Notes: generated from the sequence alone by a model not told the origin. Shown: positions 1 to 9,949, counted from the stretch's first letter. The stretch: DNA of 64,000 bases from Methanobacteriota archaeon (GCA_043799545.1 JAZDNO010000006.1:32001-96000), one strand, 5' to 3'. A program made the numbers and translations.

Positions 1-8
1 GACATTGC

Positions 9-1016
9 ATGACCTTGATTAGCCGGGCACCGGTCCGAATTAGCTTCGGGGGCGGCGGCACGGATCTGGCATCGTATTACGAGAAGCACGGCGGAATGGT
101 AATCAGCGCTTCCATCAACAAGTACTTCTACACGATTCTCGAGATGCGGGAGGATGACCGCATTCAGCTTATTTCGTCGGACCTCCAGCTCAGCCAGACC
201 GTGCGCGACTTTTACCACCTTAAGCTCGGGGAAGGGCTGGACATACCGGTGGCTGTGATAAAGCATTTCAACATCCAGAGGGGGATGAACCTCTTCATGG
301 CATCGGAGGTCCCGCCGGGCACTGGCCTGGGCTCGTCCGGCACGGTGTGCGTCAACCTGGTGAACATGTTCAACAGCCTCGAGCATATGAAAATGACGAA
401 GCAGGAGATTGCCGAGACTGCATACAAGGTGGGTCACGACGACTTGGCGATGCCTATCGGGAAGCAGGACGAGTACGCCGCGAGCTTCGGCGGCCTGAAC
501 GTTTTCCACTTCACGAAAGAAGGCGTCACTGTCGAGCCGCTGGGAATCTCAAAGGAGGTTCGCAAGCGCCTCGAGGAGGACATCATGCTCTTCTTCACAG
601 GACGCACGCGAGACTCTGCGAAGATACTGGCCTGCCAGGACAAAGGCGGCAAGGACGACGAGAACGTCGTTGTCAGTTCCCTCCACAACATCAAGAAGCT
701 CGGATACGAAATCAAGGACGCGATAACCGAGGGGGACCTCCGCAAGTTCGGGGAGCTCATGGGCATGGCATGGGAGAGCAAGAAGAAGCTGGCCAAGGGC
801 ATCACGAACGAGCGGATAGATGGGCTGTACAAAATCGCCATCGAGAAGGGGGCGCTGGGGGCCAAGCTGACTGGTGCAGGCGGCGGAGGCTACCTGATGC
901 TATTCTGCGAGAAGCCCAACCAGAAAGCGGTGCGCGACGCCCTTTCGGCGCAAGGTTTAAAGCCCATGGACTTCAAGTTCGACATGCACGGGGCCAAGAT
1001 AATCGGAGGCGATTAG
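9..1016 (+). CDS. hddA: GHMP kinase, D-glycero-alpha-D-manno-heptose 7-phosphate kinase (HddA-like)
   Basis: Motifs RAPVRISFGGGGTD, PPGTGLGSSG, GKQDEYAASFGG and GAKLTGAGGGG; adjacent to gmhA/gmhB. ATG at 9 overlaps a TGA at 10-12 that probably ends an upstream gene. Confidence 0.88.
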   Translation: MTLISRAPVRISFGGGGTDLASYYEKHGGMVISASINKYFYTILEMREDDRIQLISSDLQLSQTVRDFYHLKLGEGLDIPVAVIKHFNIQRGMNLFMASEVPPGTGLGSSGTVCVNLVNMFNSLEHMKMTKQEIAETAYKVGHDDLAMPIGKQDEYAASFGGLNVFHFTKEGVTVEPLGISKEVRKRLEEDIMLFFTGRTRDSAKILACQDKGGKDDENVVVSSLHNIKKLGYEIKDAITEGDLRKFGELMGMAWESKKKLAKGITNERIDGLYKIAIEKGALGAKLTGAGGGGYLMLFCEKPNQKAVRDALSAQGLKPMDFKFDMHGAKIIGGD

Positions 1017-1017
1017 G

Positions 1018-1626
1018 ATGAGCGAATTCAGGAAAAAGTACATGAAGGGGTATCTGGAGGAAGTCAGGCAGTGCCTCGTGGCGATGGAGGGGCAGCTCGA
1101 CGTCTTCGACGAGCTGGGGCAGATGTTGCTCGATACCCGGGAGCGCGGCGCGACGGTATTCCTCTGCGGGAACGGCGGGAGCGCATCATGCGCGTCACAC
1201 TTTACGAGCGACCTGGCAAAGGGGACGATACACCCGAAGGAGGCGCGATTCCGCGTGCTCTCGCTTGCGGACAACATCCCCCTCATGACTGCCTGGGGGA
1301 ACGACTCAAGCTACGCCGACATCTTCGTGGAGCAGCTGAAGAACCTGATGAAGCCGGGTGACCTGGTCATCGGGATAAGTGGCTCGGGGAACTCGCCGAA
1401 TGTCCTTAAGACCATCGAGTGGGCGAGGGCGAACGGCGCGAAGACTGTCAGCATCACGGGTTTCCAGGGCGGCAAAATGGCGTCGGCCGCAGAGTGGGCG
1501 TACGTGATTCCCCTGCACTACATGCAGCAGATCGAGGACTTGCACATGCTCATCGAGCACATGGTCACCTCGTCCATCCGCGAGGAGTTCCACGCCAAGC
1601 ACGGAACGGACCCGAAGGGCTGCTGA
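1018..1626 (+). CDS. gmhA: Phosphoheptose isomerase (SIS domain)
   Basis: CGNGGSASCASHF, ND..Y..IF..QL, ISGSGNSPNV, QQIEDLH motifs. Confidence 0.92.
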   Translation: MSEFRKKYMKGYLEEVRQCLVAMEGQLDVFDELGQMLLDTRERGATVFLCGNGGSASCASHFTSDLAKGTIHPKEARFRVLSLADNIPLMTAWGNDSSYADIFVEQLKNLMKPGDLVIGISGSGNSPNVLKTIEWARANGAKTVSITGFQGGKMASAAEWAYVIPLHYMQQIEDLHMLIEHMVTSSIREEFHAKHGTDPKGC

Positions 1627-1630
1627 GGCG

Positions 1631-2176
1631 ATGACCGCACCCGCCATGGCCGCACACGCCGCTGCTGAAATACACGCAATCCAACCGGGCACCCTGAAGG
1701 CGATATTTCTCGACCGTGACGGAGTCATCAACAAGATGTACAAGGGCGATTGGGTGCGCACATGGGAGCAGTTTGTCTGGCTCCCGGGGGCTATGGACGC
1801 AGTGGCGCTCATCAGCAAGAAGGGCTACCTCTGCGCAATAATCACCAACCAGTCGTGCGTGGGGAGGGGCGTCGTGCCTCGGGAGACGGTGGACGACATC
1901 AACGGCCGCATGGTGGCCGAGCTGGAGAAAGCCGGGGGGAAAATCTCCGGCGTCTACGTGTGCCCGCACAGGCCCGATGAGGGCTGCCCGTGCCGCAAGC
2001 CAGGAACTCTGAATTTCGAGAGGGCCATGAAGGATTTGGGAGTCAGGGCGGACGAAATACTTTTCGTCGGGGACAACGAGAGCGACAGGGAGGCAGCGAG
2101 GCGCGTGGGGTGCATGTTCGAGATGGCGGGCGGGGAGCGCACTCTTCTCAAAATCGTGGAAGAATTACTGGCTTGA
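1631..2176 (+). CDS. gmhB: D,D-heptose 1,7-bisphosphate phosphatase (HAD IIIA)
   Basis: FLDRDGVIN, ITNQS, CPHRPDEGCPCRKP zinc motif, VGDNESD. Confidence 0.9.
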   Translation: MTAPAMAAHAAAEIHAIQPGTLKAIFLDRDGVINKMYKGDWVRTWEQFVWLPGAMDAVALISKKGYLCAIITNQSCVGRGVVPRETVDDINGRMVAELEKAGGKISGVYVCPHRPDEGCPCRKPGTLNFERAMKDLGVRADEILFVGDNESDREAARRVGCMFEMAGGERTLLKIVEELLA

Positions 2177-2254
2177 AAATTCATGGTATCGACGCGGAGG
2201 AAGGCATTTATATCAATTCCCAAATGAGACGTCAATAAGGTGGAGTGTTAGAAA

Positions 2255-3760
2255 TTGAAGGTTCCCAATCCATTCGAGAATCCGAAGCCCGGAGAATGCT
2301 GGACGGAGCGGGGAGCCAAATATTTCAGGTACGCGTTTGTGATTTTGAGCGTTATCCTCATACTCAGCGCCGTAAGTTCATTTTTCATCAGTAGGGAATT
2401 ATCCAAGGCGAGCGGAACGGTCGTGGAATCTCCCGAATTGATTGCACTTGTTGCAGCAGATATGATACTCGGTAGCCTTCAAATAGGACTGGGCGCTCTC
2501 ATGAGCTTGCTCCTTCTGTTGGGACTGGTCGGATTCTATACCGGTAGAAAAGAGTTCGGGGAAAAGCACGAGAAGAATGTCAAAAGAGCAATGGTCACCA
2601 TCGTATTCGCAATTGGTTTTATTGCAGCATCGTTCGCCTTACTACCGCAAGCGACAAGCGGGGGTTACGAGTTTACAGATGGGCAGGTAATTGTTCTCGG
2701 AGCATCGGATACCAACATAGACGGTGCGACCGTCTTCAACACATTGTTGAGTGGCGTCATGGTTCTGATTGGACTGGTATGCATTACCTTATTTTTATAC
2801 TTCTTTATCGTGGAATTAAGCAGTCAGCAGCAAAAAGCAAACATCGTCGGGGCAGCTGGCGTTATCATTGTTTCCGCAATCGTCTGGCAAATAATATTGT
2901 CTTATCTGGTTATGACATCTGATATCGAATCTGCGGCCGACATTTTAAATGTTCAAGCCATAGCCATACTTTTGTTTATTCCGATTGCTGTAGGCTTATC
3001 GATGATGGCCATCGCCTATAACGGTGTTTTCAAGAGAATCAAAAACAGGGAGATAAAACCGAAATTGCCAGAAGTTGTTTCTGTTCCTCCGATAACCTCA
3101 TCGTCCGTACCATGTGCGGAGATGTCGCCAGTCAACGTGTCGTCGATACTTGCTTCAGCGCACCCGTTGGTCGAGGAAATCGTCCGATTAGAATACAAAA
3201 TTCGAATGCCGCTAACTTGGATTATCGCAATAATTTATACGATGCTCATTTGTTGGTTTCTGGGCATATGGGTTGGGCTCGTAATATTGGCAATAACCAT
3301 AGTCCTTTTGGGTTGGACGTTATGGGGTTTCAAGGCATACCAGACAAAGTACCAATATAAGCCTATGGGGCAGGTTACAGTCTGGCACATTCTTTATTGG
3401 CGGACCCACCTTAGAAACGCACAGGATAAATCTTACGAAGTTAAGGATTATTATCCGTATGTTGTCAGTGACACGCTCCTAATGATAACCGATATCAAAG
3501 GTTATTTTGAATATAAAATTATCAGCGCCATAGTGTTCGTACCACTATTGCTCGTATTTTTCTTGAATAGTACTCTCCCGGTGAGCGATGGGAACGGTCC
3601 CCCGTGGGCTATGTGGATCGCAGCGATTGGTTTTATCGCCTCTACTATGTTCATCGACTTGGCCATTTGGGGTGTTCTGCGGAGCCGATTCAAGGACGTC
3701 CGGAAACGATTGGAGACCTTCAAATCGAACATAGACGCCTTCTGGCGGGCGTATGGGTGA
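2255..3760 (+). CDS. Multi-pass membrane protein of unknown function, AT-rich relative to its flanks
   Basis: About 10-11 hydrophobic segments in two blocks separated by a Pro/Ser-rich linker; GRKEFGEKH motif resembles archaeal DUF973/DUF996-like membrane proteins; visibly lower GC. Confidence 0.65.
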   Translation: MKVPNPFENPKPGECWTERGAKYFRYAFVILSVILILSAVSSFFISRELSKASGTVVESPELIALVAADMILGSLQIGLGALMSLLLLLGLVGFYTGRKEFGEKHEKNVKRAMVTIVFAIGFIAASFALLPQATSGGYEFTDGQVIVLGASDTNIDGATVFNTLLSGVMVLIGLVCITLFLYFFIVELSSQQQKANIVGAAGVIIVSAIVWQIILSYLVMTSDIESAADILNVQAIAILLFIPIAVGLSMMAIAYNGVFKRIKNREIKPKLPEVVSVPPITSSSVPCAEMSPVNVSSILASAHPLVEEIVRLEYKIRMPLTWIIAIIYTMLICWFLGIWVGLVILAITIVLLGWTLWGFKAYQTKYQYKPMGQVTVWHILYWRTHLRNAQDKSYEVKDYYPYVVSDTLLMITDIKGYFEYKIISAIVFVPLLLVFFLNSTLPVSDGNGPPWAMWIAAIGFIASTMFIDLAIWGVLRSRFKDVRKRLETFKSNIDAFWRAYG

Positions 3761-3764
3761 TTGA

Positions 3765-4037
3765 ATGGAACGTCCTGACCTCTACGTTCTCGCCCGGTTC
3801 CTCGAAGCGCTCTGGCTAAAGGGGAAGGGGCAGATGCGCAGGACGGAACTTCAGATGGCCGTCCGGCTGAATTACGACCTTTACACGAAATACCTCGAAT
3901 TCCTCGCCGCAAAAGGGCTGGTCTCGGAAACGGAAGAGGGCGGCGAGCGCATCGTCAAGATAACGCAAAGGGGAGTCGAGGCGTTCAAAACGCTGGGGGA
4001 CCTCATGAGCCAGGTGTTCGAAAATAAAAAACCGTGA
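3765..4037 (+). CDS. Small winged-helix DNA-binding protein (archaeal HTH_45-like regulator)
   Basis: TELQMAVRLNYDLYTKYLEFLAAKGLV...VKITQRG pattern. Confidence 0.75.
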   Translation: MERPDLYVLARFLEALWLKGKGQMRRTELQMAVRLNYDLYTKYLEFLAAKGLVSETEEGGERIVKITQRGVEAFKTLGDLMSQVFENKKP

Positions 4038-4105
4038 CGCCCAGCACATTCGAGCTTTTGCCGCAATCCAAACCATTTTATCCGTTGTCTCATTAAACTG
4101 CTTCG

Positions 4106-4801
4106 ATGCCAAATCCCAAAGTCTCTGTCATCATCCCCACGATGAACGAGGAGAAAGCCGTTGGCGCGGTCATGGACGCCGTGCACGAAGCCTTGAAGCC
4201 GACTGGCTGGCCTTACGAGGTTCTCATAGTCGATACAAGCTCCAAAGACAAGACCCGCGAAATCGCCTCGTCCAAGGGTGCAATAGTCGTCGACGAACCG
4301 CGCAGAGGCTACGGGCGCGCCTACAAGACTGGATTTGAAAAGGCGCGTGGCGATTACATCGCCACGCTGGACGCGGACTGCACGTACCCAGCCGAGGACA
4401 TTCCAAAGTTCGTCGAAATACTTGAGAAGGACGAGCTGGACTTCATAACCGGCGACCGCCTGAGCCAGATGAAGAAGGGCGTGATGTCTGGCACGCACAA
4501 GCTGGGCAACTGGGTGCTGGTGAAAACGTCGAACATTCTTTTCGGTACAAAGCTCCGCGATTCGCAGAGCGGGATGTGGGTTTTCAGGCGCTCGATAATA
4601 CCAAAGCTCAATCTCGTGAGCGACAAAATGGCCCTGTCCGAGGAAATAAAAATAGAAGTCAAGCTGAAAGGACTGAAGATGCGGGAGATACCCATCGAGT
4701 ACCGCCCTAGGGAGGGCGAGGTCAAGCTTAACACATGGCGGGACGGGACGGGCAACCTAAAATACATGTGGCGCAAGAAATTCGGAAAGGCGCGGGACTG
4801 A
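4106..4801 (+). CDS. Glycosyltransferase family 2 (dolichol-phosphate mannosyltransferase/AglJ-like)
   Basis: VIIPTMNEE, GYGRAYKTG, LDADCTY (DxD), DSQSG motifs. Confidence 0.88.
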   Translation: MPNPKVSVIIPTMNEEKAVGAVMDAVHEALKPTGWPYEVLIVDTSSKDKTREIASSKGAIVVDEPRRGYGRAYKTGFEKARGDYIATLDADCTYPAEDIPKFVEILEKDELDFITGDRLSQMKKGVMSGTHKLGNWVLVKTSNILFGTKLRDSQSGMWVFRRSIIPKLNLVSDKMALSEEIKIEVKLKGLKMREIPIEYRPREGEVKLNTWRDGTGNLKYMWRKKFGKARD

Positions 4802-4847
4802 GCCGATGAGAAATGTTATAACTGCAAAGTGTTTTTAGTCTGAGACC

Positions 4848-5852
4848 ATGGCCGACGAGGATTTCGCGCTTCCAGATGCGCCCGCGATACCTGGCCTTAC
4901 AACAAGGGGCTTCGTGTTGAACAAGGATTGTCCAGGGATTGCCCAGCTCTGCCTGGCAATGAAGGATGCTGACCACTACGATTACGTCCCCGACGCCGAG
5001 GAGCTTTTCAAGGAGTTCAGCGCCGAGGCCAAGAAACGCGATCTGGGCAAGGATATTCTCATAGTGGAGTTGGACGGAAAAATCGTGGGCGAATCGTTCG
5101 TCTCGTGGGACGATGCCCCTTCGGGCGAGAGGCTTTATCAGCTCGACGCCAACCTCGTTCCCGAGCTGCGCGGTACCGGGCTGAGGCGCTCGATGCTGTT
5201 ATGGGCAGAGCGGAGGGCGAGGAATATGGCATCCTCGCATCCAGGTGAAACACGAAAGCTGTTCCACGTTTTCACAGACCAAGGCGAGGACCACTGGCGC
5301 TCCGTCCTCGAGTCCAGCGGGTACGCTATTTTCCGGCACGGATTGAAAATGGTCAGGCCGGCGCTGGACGACGTCCCGGAGCTTCCCCTGCCCGAAGGAA
5401 TAGGGGTGCGCAAGGTCGAGCCAGCGCACTACGAGAAGATCCGTTTGGCCTGGAACGAAGCGTGCAGGGACATGAGGGGCCAGCTGCCGATAGACGACGA
5501 AAATTTCAAGGTCTGGTCGGAGTTCCCGACTTTCGACCCAACATTATGGCAGATAGCCTGGCACGGCGAGCAGGTCGTTGGCACGGTTTTCGGAATGATT
5601 AACGCCAAGGAGAACGAGATGAACGGGCGCAAGCGCGGGATGACGGAGCTAATATCTGTCGCCAGGCCTTGGCGCGGCAAAGGCATCGCCAAGGCGCTGA
5701 TGGCGCGATGTATGCGCGAACTGAAGGCGAGGGGGATGGCCGAGGCCGCTCTCGGCGTCGATGCGGAGAACCCCAGCGGGGCTCTGAAGCTCTACGAGAA
5801 GATGGGTTTCAAAGTCGTGAAGCGGGTCACGTTCTACCGGAAGCCGTTGTGA
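4848..5852 (+). CDS. Tandem-domain GNAT acetyltransferase (MshD-like architecture)
   Basis: Two GNAT folds: PELRGTGL and RPWRGKGIAKAL...ALKLYEKMGF. Confidence 0.85.
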   Translation: MADEDFALPDAPAIPGLTTRGFVLNKDCPGIAQLCLAMKDADHYDYVPDAEELFKEFSAEAKKRDLGKDILIVELDGKIVGESFVSWDDAPSGERLYQLDANLVPELRGTGLRRSMLLWAERRARNMASSHPGETRKLFHVFTDQGEDHWRSVLESSGYAIFRHGLKMVRPALDDVPELPLPEGIGVRKVEPAHYEKIRLAWNEACRDMRGQLPIDDENFKVWSEFPTFDPTLWQIAWHGEQVVGTVFGMINAKENEMNGRKRGMTELISVARPWRGKGIAKALMARCMRELKARGMAEAALGVDAENPSGALKLYEKMGFKVVKRVTFYRKPL

Positions 5853-5865
5853 TGGCGAGCCCTCA

Positions 5866-7248
5866 TCACTTCGTCGATTTTGTCACGTTCACTTTCTCAA
5901 TCACCATGTCTGGCACGAACGTGGGCATCCCGCCCATGTCCATCTCCCACCAGAAGACCTGCTTCTGCACCTTGCCCAGCGCGCTCACGCCCTTGAGCAT
6001 CCGCTCCATGTTGTCGCTGATGCGCACCCCCTTGACCGAGCCGACTATCTCCCCTTTCTTGACCAGCAGTATCGCGTCGCGGGGAATTGTCGAGTAGTCG
6101 CCTGTGGCGTAGTTCTGGAAGCGGGAGTACCAGACGTTCGTGACCACGATTCCATCGCGCATCCCCTCCAGCAATTCGTCCCTGCTCATGTCTCCGGGGG
6201 GCACGACCACATTTCTCGGGCGCGGGCCTATGAGGCCAGCGTTTGCCGTGTTTGTTGCCTCGTATTTCTTCGCCGTCGAGGTGTTGTGAAGGTAGGTCAT
6301 CAGCTTTCCGTTCTTGATTATCTCGGTCCTCCTCGTCGGTACGCCCTCGTCGTCTGCGCAGCCGCTAGCCAGCCCGTCCGGCAATGTGCCGTCATCGATG
6401 ATTGTGATTGCCTTGCTTCCGACCGTTTTTCCAATCTTGTCTTTAAGGAAGGACATCCCCGCGTCGACCGCGGAGGCCGATGCGAATTGCGCAGTCATCA
6501 TAGGCATATCGGCCCCGGACATGTGAGTGAAGAGCACGCTCATCTTGCCGTCGGGTCCGGGCTTGGGCGCACTTGCCAGCTTACAGAACGCGGCCGCCTC
6601 CTTGCCCGCGCCGACCGGGTCGAGGGCGCGCATCGAGGTAGCGCAGCTCACGGCGTGGCCGGAACCTCCCCCCTTTCCGAAGGCCCTTATTGAGAAATTT
6701 AGAGAAGCCCCCTCCTCTTCGAACGACGGCCCTCGGGACGACGCCATGGTATCTGTCGTGTGGTAGCGATGCAGCACGCCAGCGCAGCGGTCCGCGCCGT
6801 TGGATTCTGCCGCCTCTATTCCCCTCCAAGCCATGTCGACCAGCGCATCCTCAGAGTCTATTATCTTTTTGTCGAGCGGTAGCTTCCTGTATTTGTATTT
6901 GCCTTCCGCTACCCCAAAATAGTCTTTGTTCTCCGGAGTCTTGGCGGAACTTTTCTTCAATTCCGCAAGCACCGCATCGATGCGCGAGACATCGTTGAGG
7001 CTCGACGTGACCACGCGCTTCCCGAAGGCCAGGAAGACATCCATGCTCATCTCCGACCAGGCCTGCGAGACCACGACCTCGCTGTTGGCGAACTTAATCT
7101 GGCTCTTGTCAAGGCGGTCGAGGGACACCACAGCATCGGTTGCGCCGATGCGCAGCGCTTTGGCAACAGTCCCGTCGACCAGTTCGCGGTCATCGACCTC
7201 GCTGCGAGACTTCTTCGTGCTTGCTATCAAACGCTTCCTGTTCTGCAT
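5866..7248 (-). CDS. pmbA: TldE/PmbA family protein
   Basis: DDEGVPTRRTEIIKNG, GDYSTIP..., ISDN; directly follows tldD. Confidence 0.85.
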   Translation of the reverse strand: MQNRKRLIASTKKSRSEVDDRELVDGTVAKALRIGATDAVVSLDRLDKSQIKFANSEVVVSQAWSEMSMDVFLAFGKRVVTSSLNDVSRIDAVLAELKKSSAKTPENKDYFGVAEGKYKYRKLPLDKKIIDSEDALVDMAWRGIEAAESNGADRCAGVLHRYHTTDTMASSRGPSFEEEGASLNFSIRAFGKGGGSGHAVSCATSMRALDPVGAGKEAAAFCKLASAPKPGPDGKMSVLFTHMSGADMPMMTAQFASASAVDAGMSFLKDKIGKTVGSKAITIIDDGTLPDGLASGCADDEGVPTRRTEIIKNGKLMTYLHNTSTAKKYEATNTANAGLIGPRPRNVVVPPGDMSRDELLEGMRDGIVVTNVWYSRFQNYATGDYSTIPRDAILLVKKGEIVGSVKGVRISDNMERMLKGVSALGKVQKQVFWWEMDMGGMPTFVPDMVIEKVNVTKSTK

Positions 7249-8679
7249 CTAAGCACCCCCCAGGCGCAGGCCGCGGAGGCGCATGTGCGGGCCGCCCATG
7301 CCGACGGGCACACCCTGACCAGGCTCTCCTTTTCCGCACGTTCCGACCGAGAGGAAGAAGTCGCTGCCAACGGCGTCGACAGCCGACCAGAAATCAGGGG
7401 TCGTGACCTCGATGCGCGGGTCTTTGACGGGGCCCTTGAGCTCTCCCTTCTCGATGAGGAACGCCTCCCGGCCGACGTACTTCTGGTTGTAGCGCGTGTC
7501 GTCGATGTTCCACTCGTTGAACGAATTGACGTAGACGCCGAGCTTGACGTCCTCGATGAGCTCTTCGAACTTGTGGTCTCCTGGCTTGACGAAAGTGTTG
7601 GCCATCCTGACCAGCGGCTCGCGGTTGAATCCGTCCGCCCTCGCCGAGCCGTTGCTGCTGCGTAAACCGGCTCTCGCGGCAGTCTCCCTGTTGTGCAGGA
7701 ACTCGTTGATGATGCCGTTTTTCATCAGAGTTCGAGGCCTGGCCTTGACCCCCTCGTCGTCGTAAAGGTAATGGCCGTAGCTGCCGGGGAGCGTCGGGTC
7801 CTCAATCACCGTAGCGGCCTTGCTCCCTATGCGCTTTCCGAGCATGTCCAGCTTTACAAATGACTCCCCGGCTTGGGCAGCCTCGCGCCCCATTATCCTG
7901 TCAGCCTCGTACGGATGTCCGCAGCTCTCGTGCGTCGCTATTCCCGTGACCTCCGGGCCAACGACAATGTCAATCTTCCCCTTCGGCGGCGCCTTGCCCT
8001 TGGTGAGGTTCGCATTGAGAATCCTGCACTCCCTCTCCATCCTCCCTGGACCGTCGAGCGCCAACATCGCTTCCCAGCCACCCGTGCCGCCCATCCAGAG
8101 CATCGCCTGCGCGTTTTTTCCTTTTGCGTTTACTGTCGCAGTCGCGGACATGTAAACTATTGGCGTTGTCGTGCGTATCCTGGCTCCGTCGGAGTTCACG
8201 AAAAGCTTCTCCGACTTCGTAAGCTGCATGTAGAGGTTGCGCCCCGGGACCTTCACTCCCTCGGGCACGGACTTGTCCACTTCGTTCAAAAGCGCGAGCT
8301 TCTCCTCTCGCGATACGCTGGAAAGTTTTCGCTTCTCCTTCACCGCCACCGTGGCGACGTGCGCCTTCTCGCTGCAGAGCCTGATTTTGCGCTTTGCGCG
8401 CTTGGCCGCTGCTCCAGCGAGGCGCACGCAGCGCTCGGCCTGGGCGTCCGCCGCCTCGGGCGTAAGCCTGTCCAGCGAGGCGAAGGCTAGGGCTCCGCCG
8501 ACGAGGGCGCGCATCCCTATGCCCGTGGCGCGCGACTCGTTGGCCGCGTCGAGATTGCCCTTCCTCATAACGTAGTACTCGTAGCTGACGTCCTCTATCC
8601 TCGCCTCGGCGTAACTGGCGCCCAGCGCCCCGAGCTTCTTCACAACCCTCTCCGCCAAATCATCGTCCATTTCCTTCAC
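7249..8679 (-). CDS. tldD: TldD family metalloprotease
   Basis: HESCGHPYEAD (HExxGH) motif, DDEGVKA, RMANT, CGKGEPGQ..PVG.GGPH; GTG start overlaps the upstream TGA. Confidence 0.9.
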   Translation of the reverse strand: MKEMDDDLAERVVKKLGALGASYAEARIEDVSYEYYVMRKGNLDAANESRATGIGMRALVGGALAFASLDRLTPEAADAQAERCVRLAGAAAKRAKRKIRLCSEKAHVATVAVKEKRKLSSVSREEKLALLNEVDKSVPEGVKVPGRNLYMQLTKSEKLFVNSDGARIRTTTPIVYMSATATVNAKGKNAQAMLWMGGTGGWEAMLALDGPGRMERECRILNANLTKGKAPPKGKIDIVVGPEVTGIATHESCGHPYEADRIMGREAAQAGESFVKLDMLGKRIGSKAATVIEDPTLPGSYGHYLYDDEGVKARPRTLMKNGIINEFLHNRETAARAGLRSSNGSARADGFNREPLVRMANTFVKPGDHKFEELIEDVKLGVYVNSFNEWNIDDTRYNQKYVGREAFLIEKGELKGPVKDPRIEVTTPDFWSAVDAVGSDFFLSVGTCGKGEPGQGVPVGMGGPHMRLRGLRLGGA

Positions 8680-9920
8680 CCCTTGAAGTCCATCAATGCA
8701 GTCTGACCTTTAAGGCTTTTTCGCACGGGCTTCTCGTCGGGCGGGGCTCCGCTGAGCGAGATGGTTCCGTACTGCCCCCCTCCTCCAGGAATCAGCCTGA
8801 CCTTTCCCTCCCTGAACAGCCTCACGGCGCTCGCGACTTCCGGGCTTGCGATATTCTCTATCGGATCGTCGACGAGGACCGCGACCTCGCTTCCGGCCTT
8901 GGATACGAGCTTGGCCCAGAGGTCTCCGACGATTTTCGCGTTTGCGTTGGGGGCGCCGATGGCTTTCGCAATTATCTCGGAGAGCGGGATGATGTGCAGG
9001 TACTGCGGCCTGTGCTCCGGGTGCTTCGGCTCTGGGAGATCCGCTAGCTCCTCGATGCGGTCCCGGACGCCCTTCTTTACGACACCCCCGCAAACGCAAC
9101 GCCATTTCAAAGCCATGGCCTGGCGCAAATCGTAATGCTTGAAGCAGGCGATGCAGGCGCTCTCGTTGTACTTTCCCTCCTCCGGCGGAAACCCGACGTT
9201 CAAAACGAATTTTCGCCCCCCTTCCCGCAAAATGGCCTTTCTCAGTTCCGCGAAGGTCACGCCCCTGACATCGAGCCTGTTGAACTCCCTGGCGATTCTG
9301 CTAGGGTAGGGGGAATGAGCGTCCGAGTTGGTGAGGAATGTGAGGCGGTGAAGCTCTGAAATCCGGTCGGCATAGTCAGTGTCCGCGCTCAACCCCAGCT
9401 CCGCGAAACTCGCCTTCGGGGCGAGGTCTCCGTAGCATCCCGCCAGCTTCGCATGGTGACCATACATGCCGGTCCAAGGAGTGAACGCGTGCGACGGGCC
9501 GAAGAGCGCGCCGCAATCGACCGCGGCCTGCGCAATCTCCCCTCCGCCCATATGGACTTTCGGGCGCCCGTCCGAATCGAGCGGCGAATGCCTGCCTTTC
9601 AATCCTTCGATGAAGCCCTCAACCGAAGCAACGTCCGGGAAGATGATGATGTGGTGGACTCGATGGTTGTCTTCGACCTCGGTCTGCAGAACGAACGAGA
9701 CCTTCCCCAGGTCGAAGACGCCGTCGCGCTCCTTCGTCCCTTCCCGAATCTCGGCCAGCCATTTGGGGTGCAGGCAATCGCCAGTCGCTAGCAGGCGGAT
9801 GCCCTTCTTCGGCGATTCCTCCGCAAGCGTCCGGACGGTCATGGCGCTGCTGGTTCCCATGGCGAACCTGCTGTGGATGTGGAGGTCTGCGTCGACGAGC
9901 ACGCTCCCGCATCGACTCAT
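8676..9920 (-). CDS. endoQ: Endonuclease Q (PHP domain plus Zn finger, TIGR00375 family)
   Basis: DLHIHSRF, PSHAFTPWTG, ELGLSAD, SDAHS, REFN, GKY...C..C...C.CGG, PGGGGQYG. Confidence 0.88.
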   Translation of the reverse strand: MSRCGSVLVDADLHIHSRFAMGTSSAMTVRTLAEESPKKGIRLLATGDCLHPKWLAEIREGTKERDGVFDLGKVSFVLQTEVEDNHRVHHIIIFPDVASVEGFIEGLKGRHSPLDSDGRPKVHMGGGEIAQAAVDCGALFGPSHAFTPWTGMYGHHAKLAGCYGDLAPKASFAELGLSADTDYADRISELHRLTFLTNSDAHSPYPSRIAREFNRLDVRGVTFAELRKAILREGGRKFVLNVGFPPEEGKYNESACIACFKHYDLRQAMALKWRCVCGGVVKKGVRDRIEELADLPEPKHPEHRPQYLHIIPLSEIIAKAIGAPNANAKIVGDLWAKLVSKAGSEVAVLVDDPIENIASPEVASAVRLFREGKVRLIPGGGGQYGTISLSGAPPDEKPVRKSLKGQTALMDFKG

Positions 9921-9949
9921 TCGGTTAAATGGTTGCGGGACGCGGGAAC

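Noticed and set aside
7246-7251. In-frame TAG-ATG junction (tldD/pmbA), and likewise at 48400-48405 and TAA-ATG at 44780-44785, suggesting readthrough or pyrrolysine fusions
   Set aside because: Each downstream ATG has a good purine-rich RBS and both proteins are complete; this is ordinary translational coupling and there is no Pyl machinery in the window
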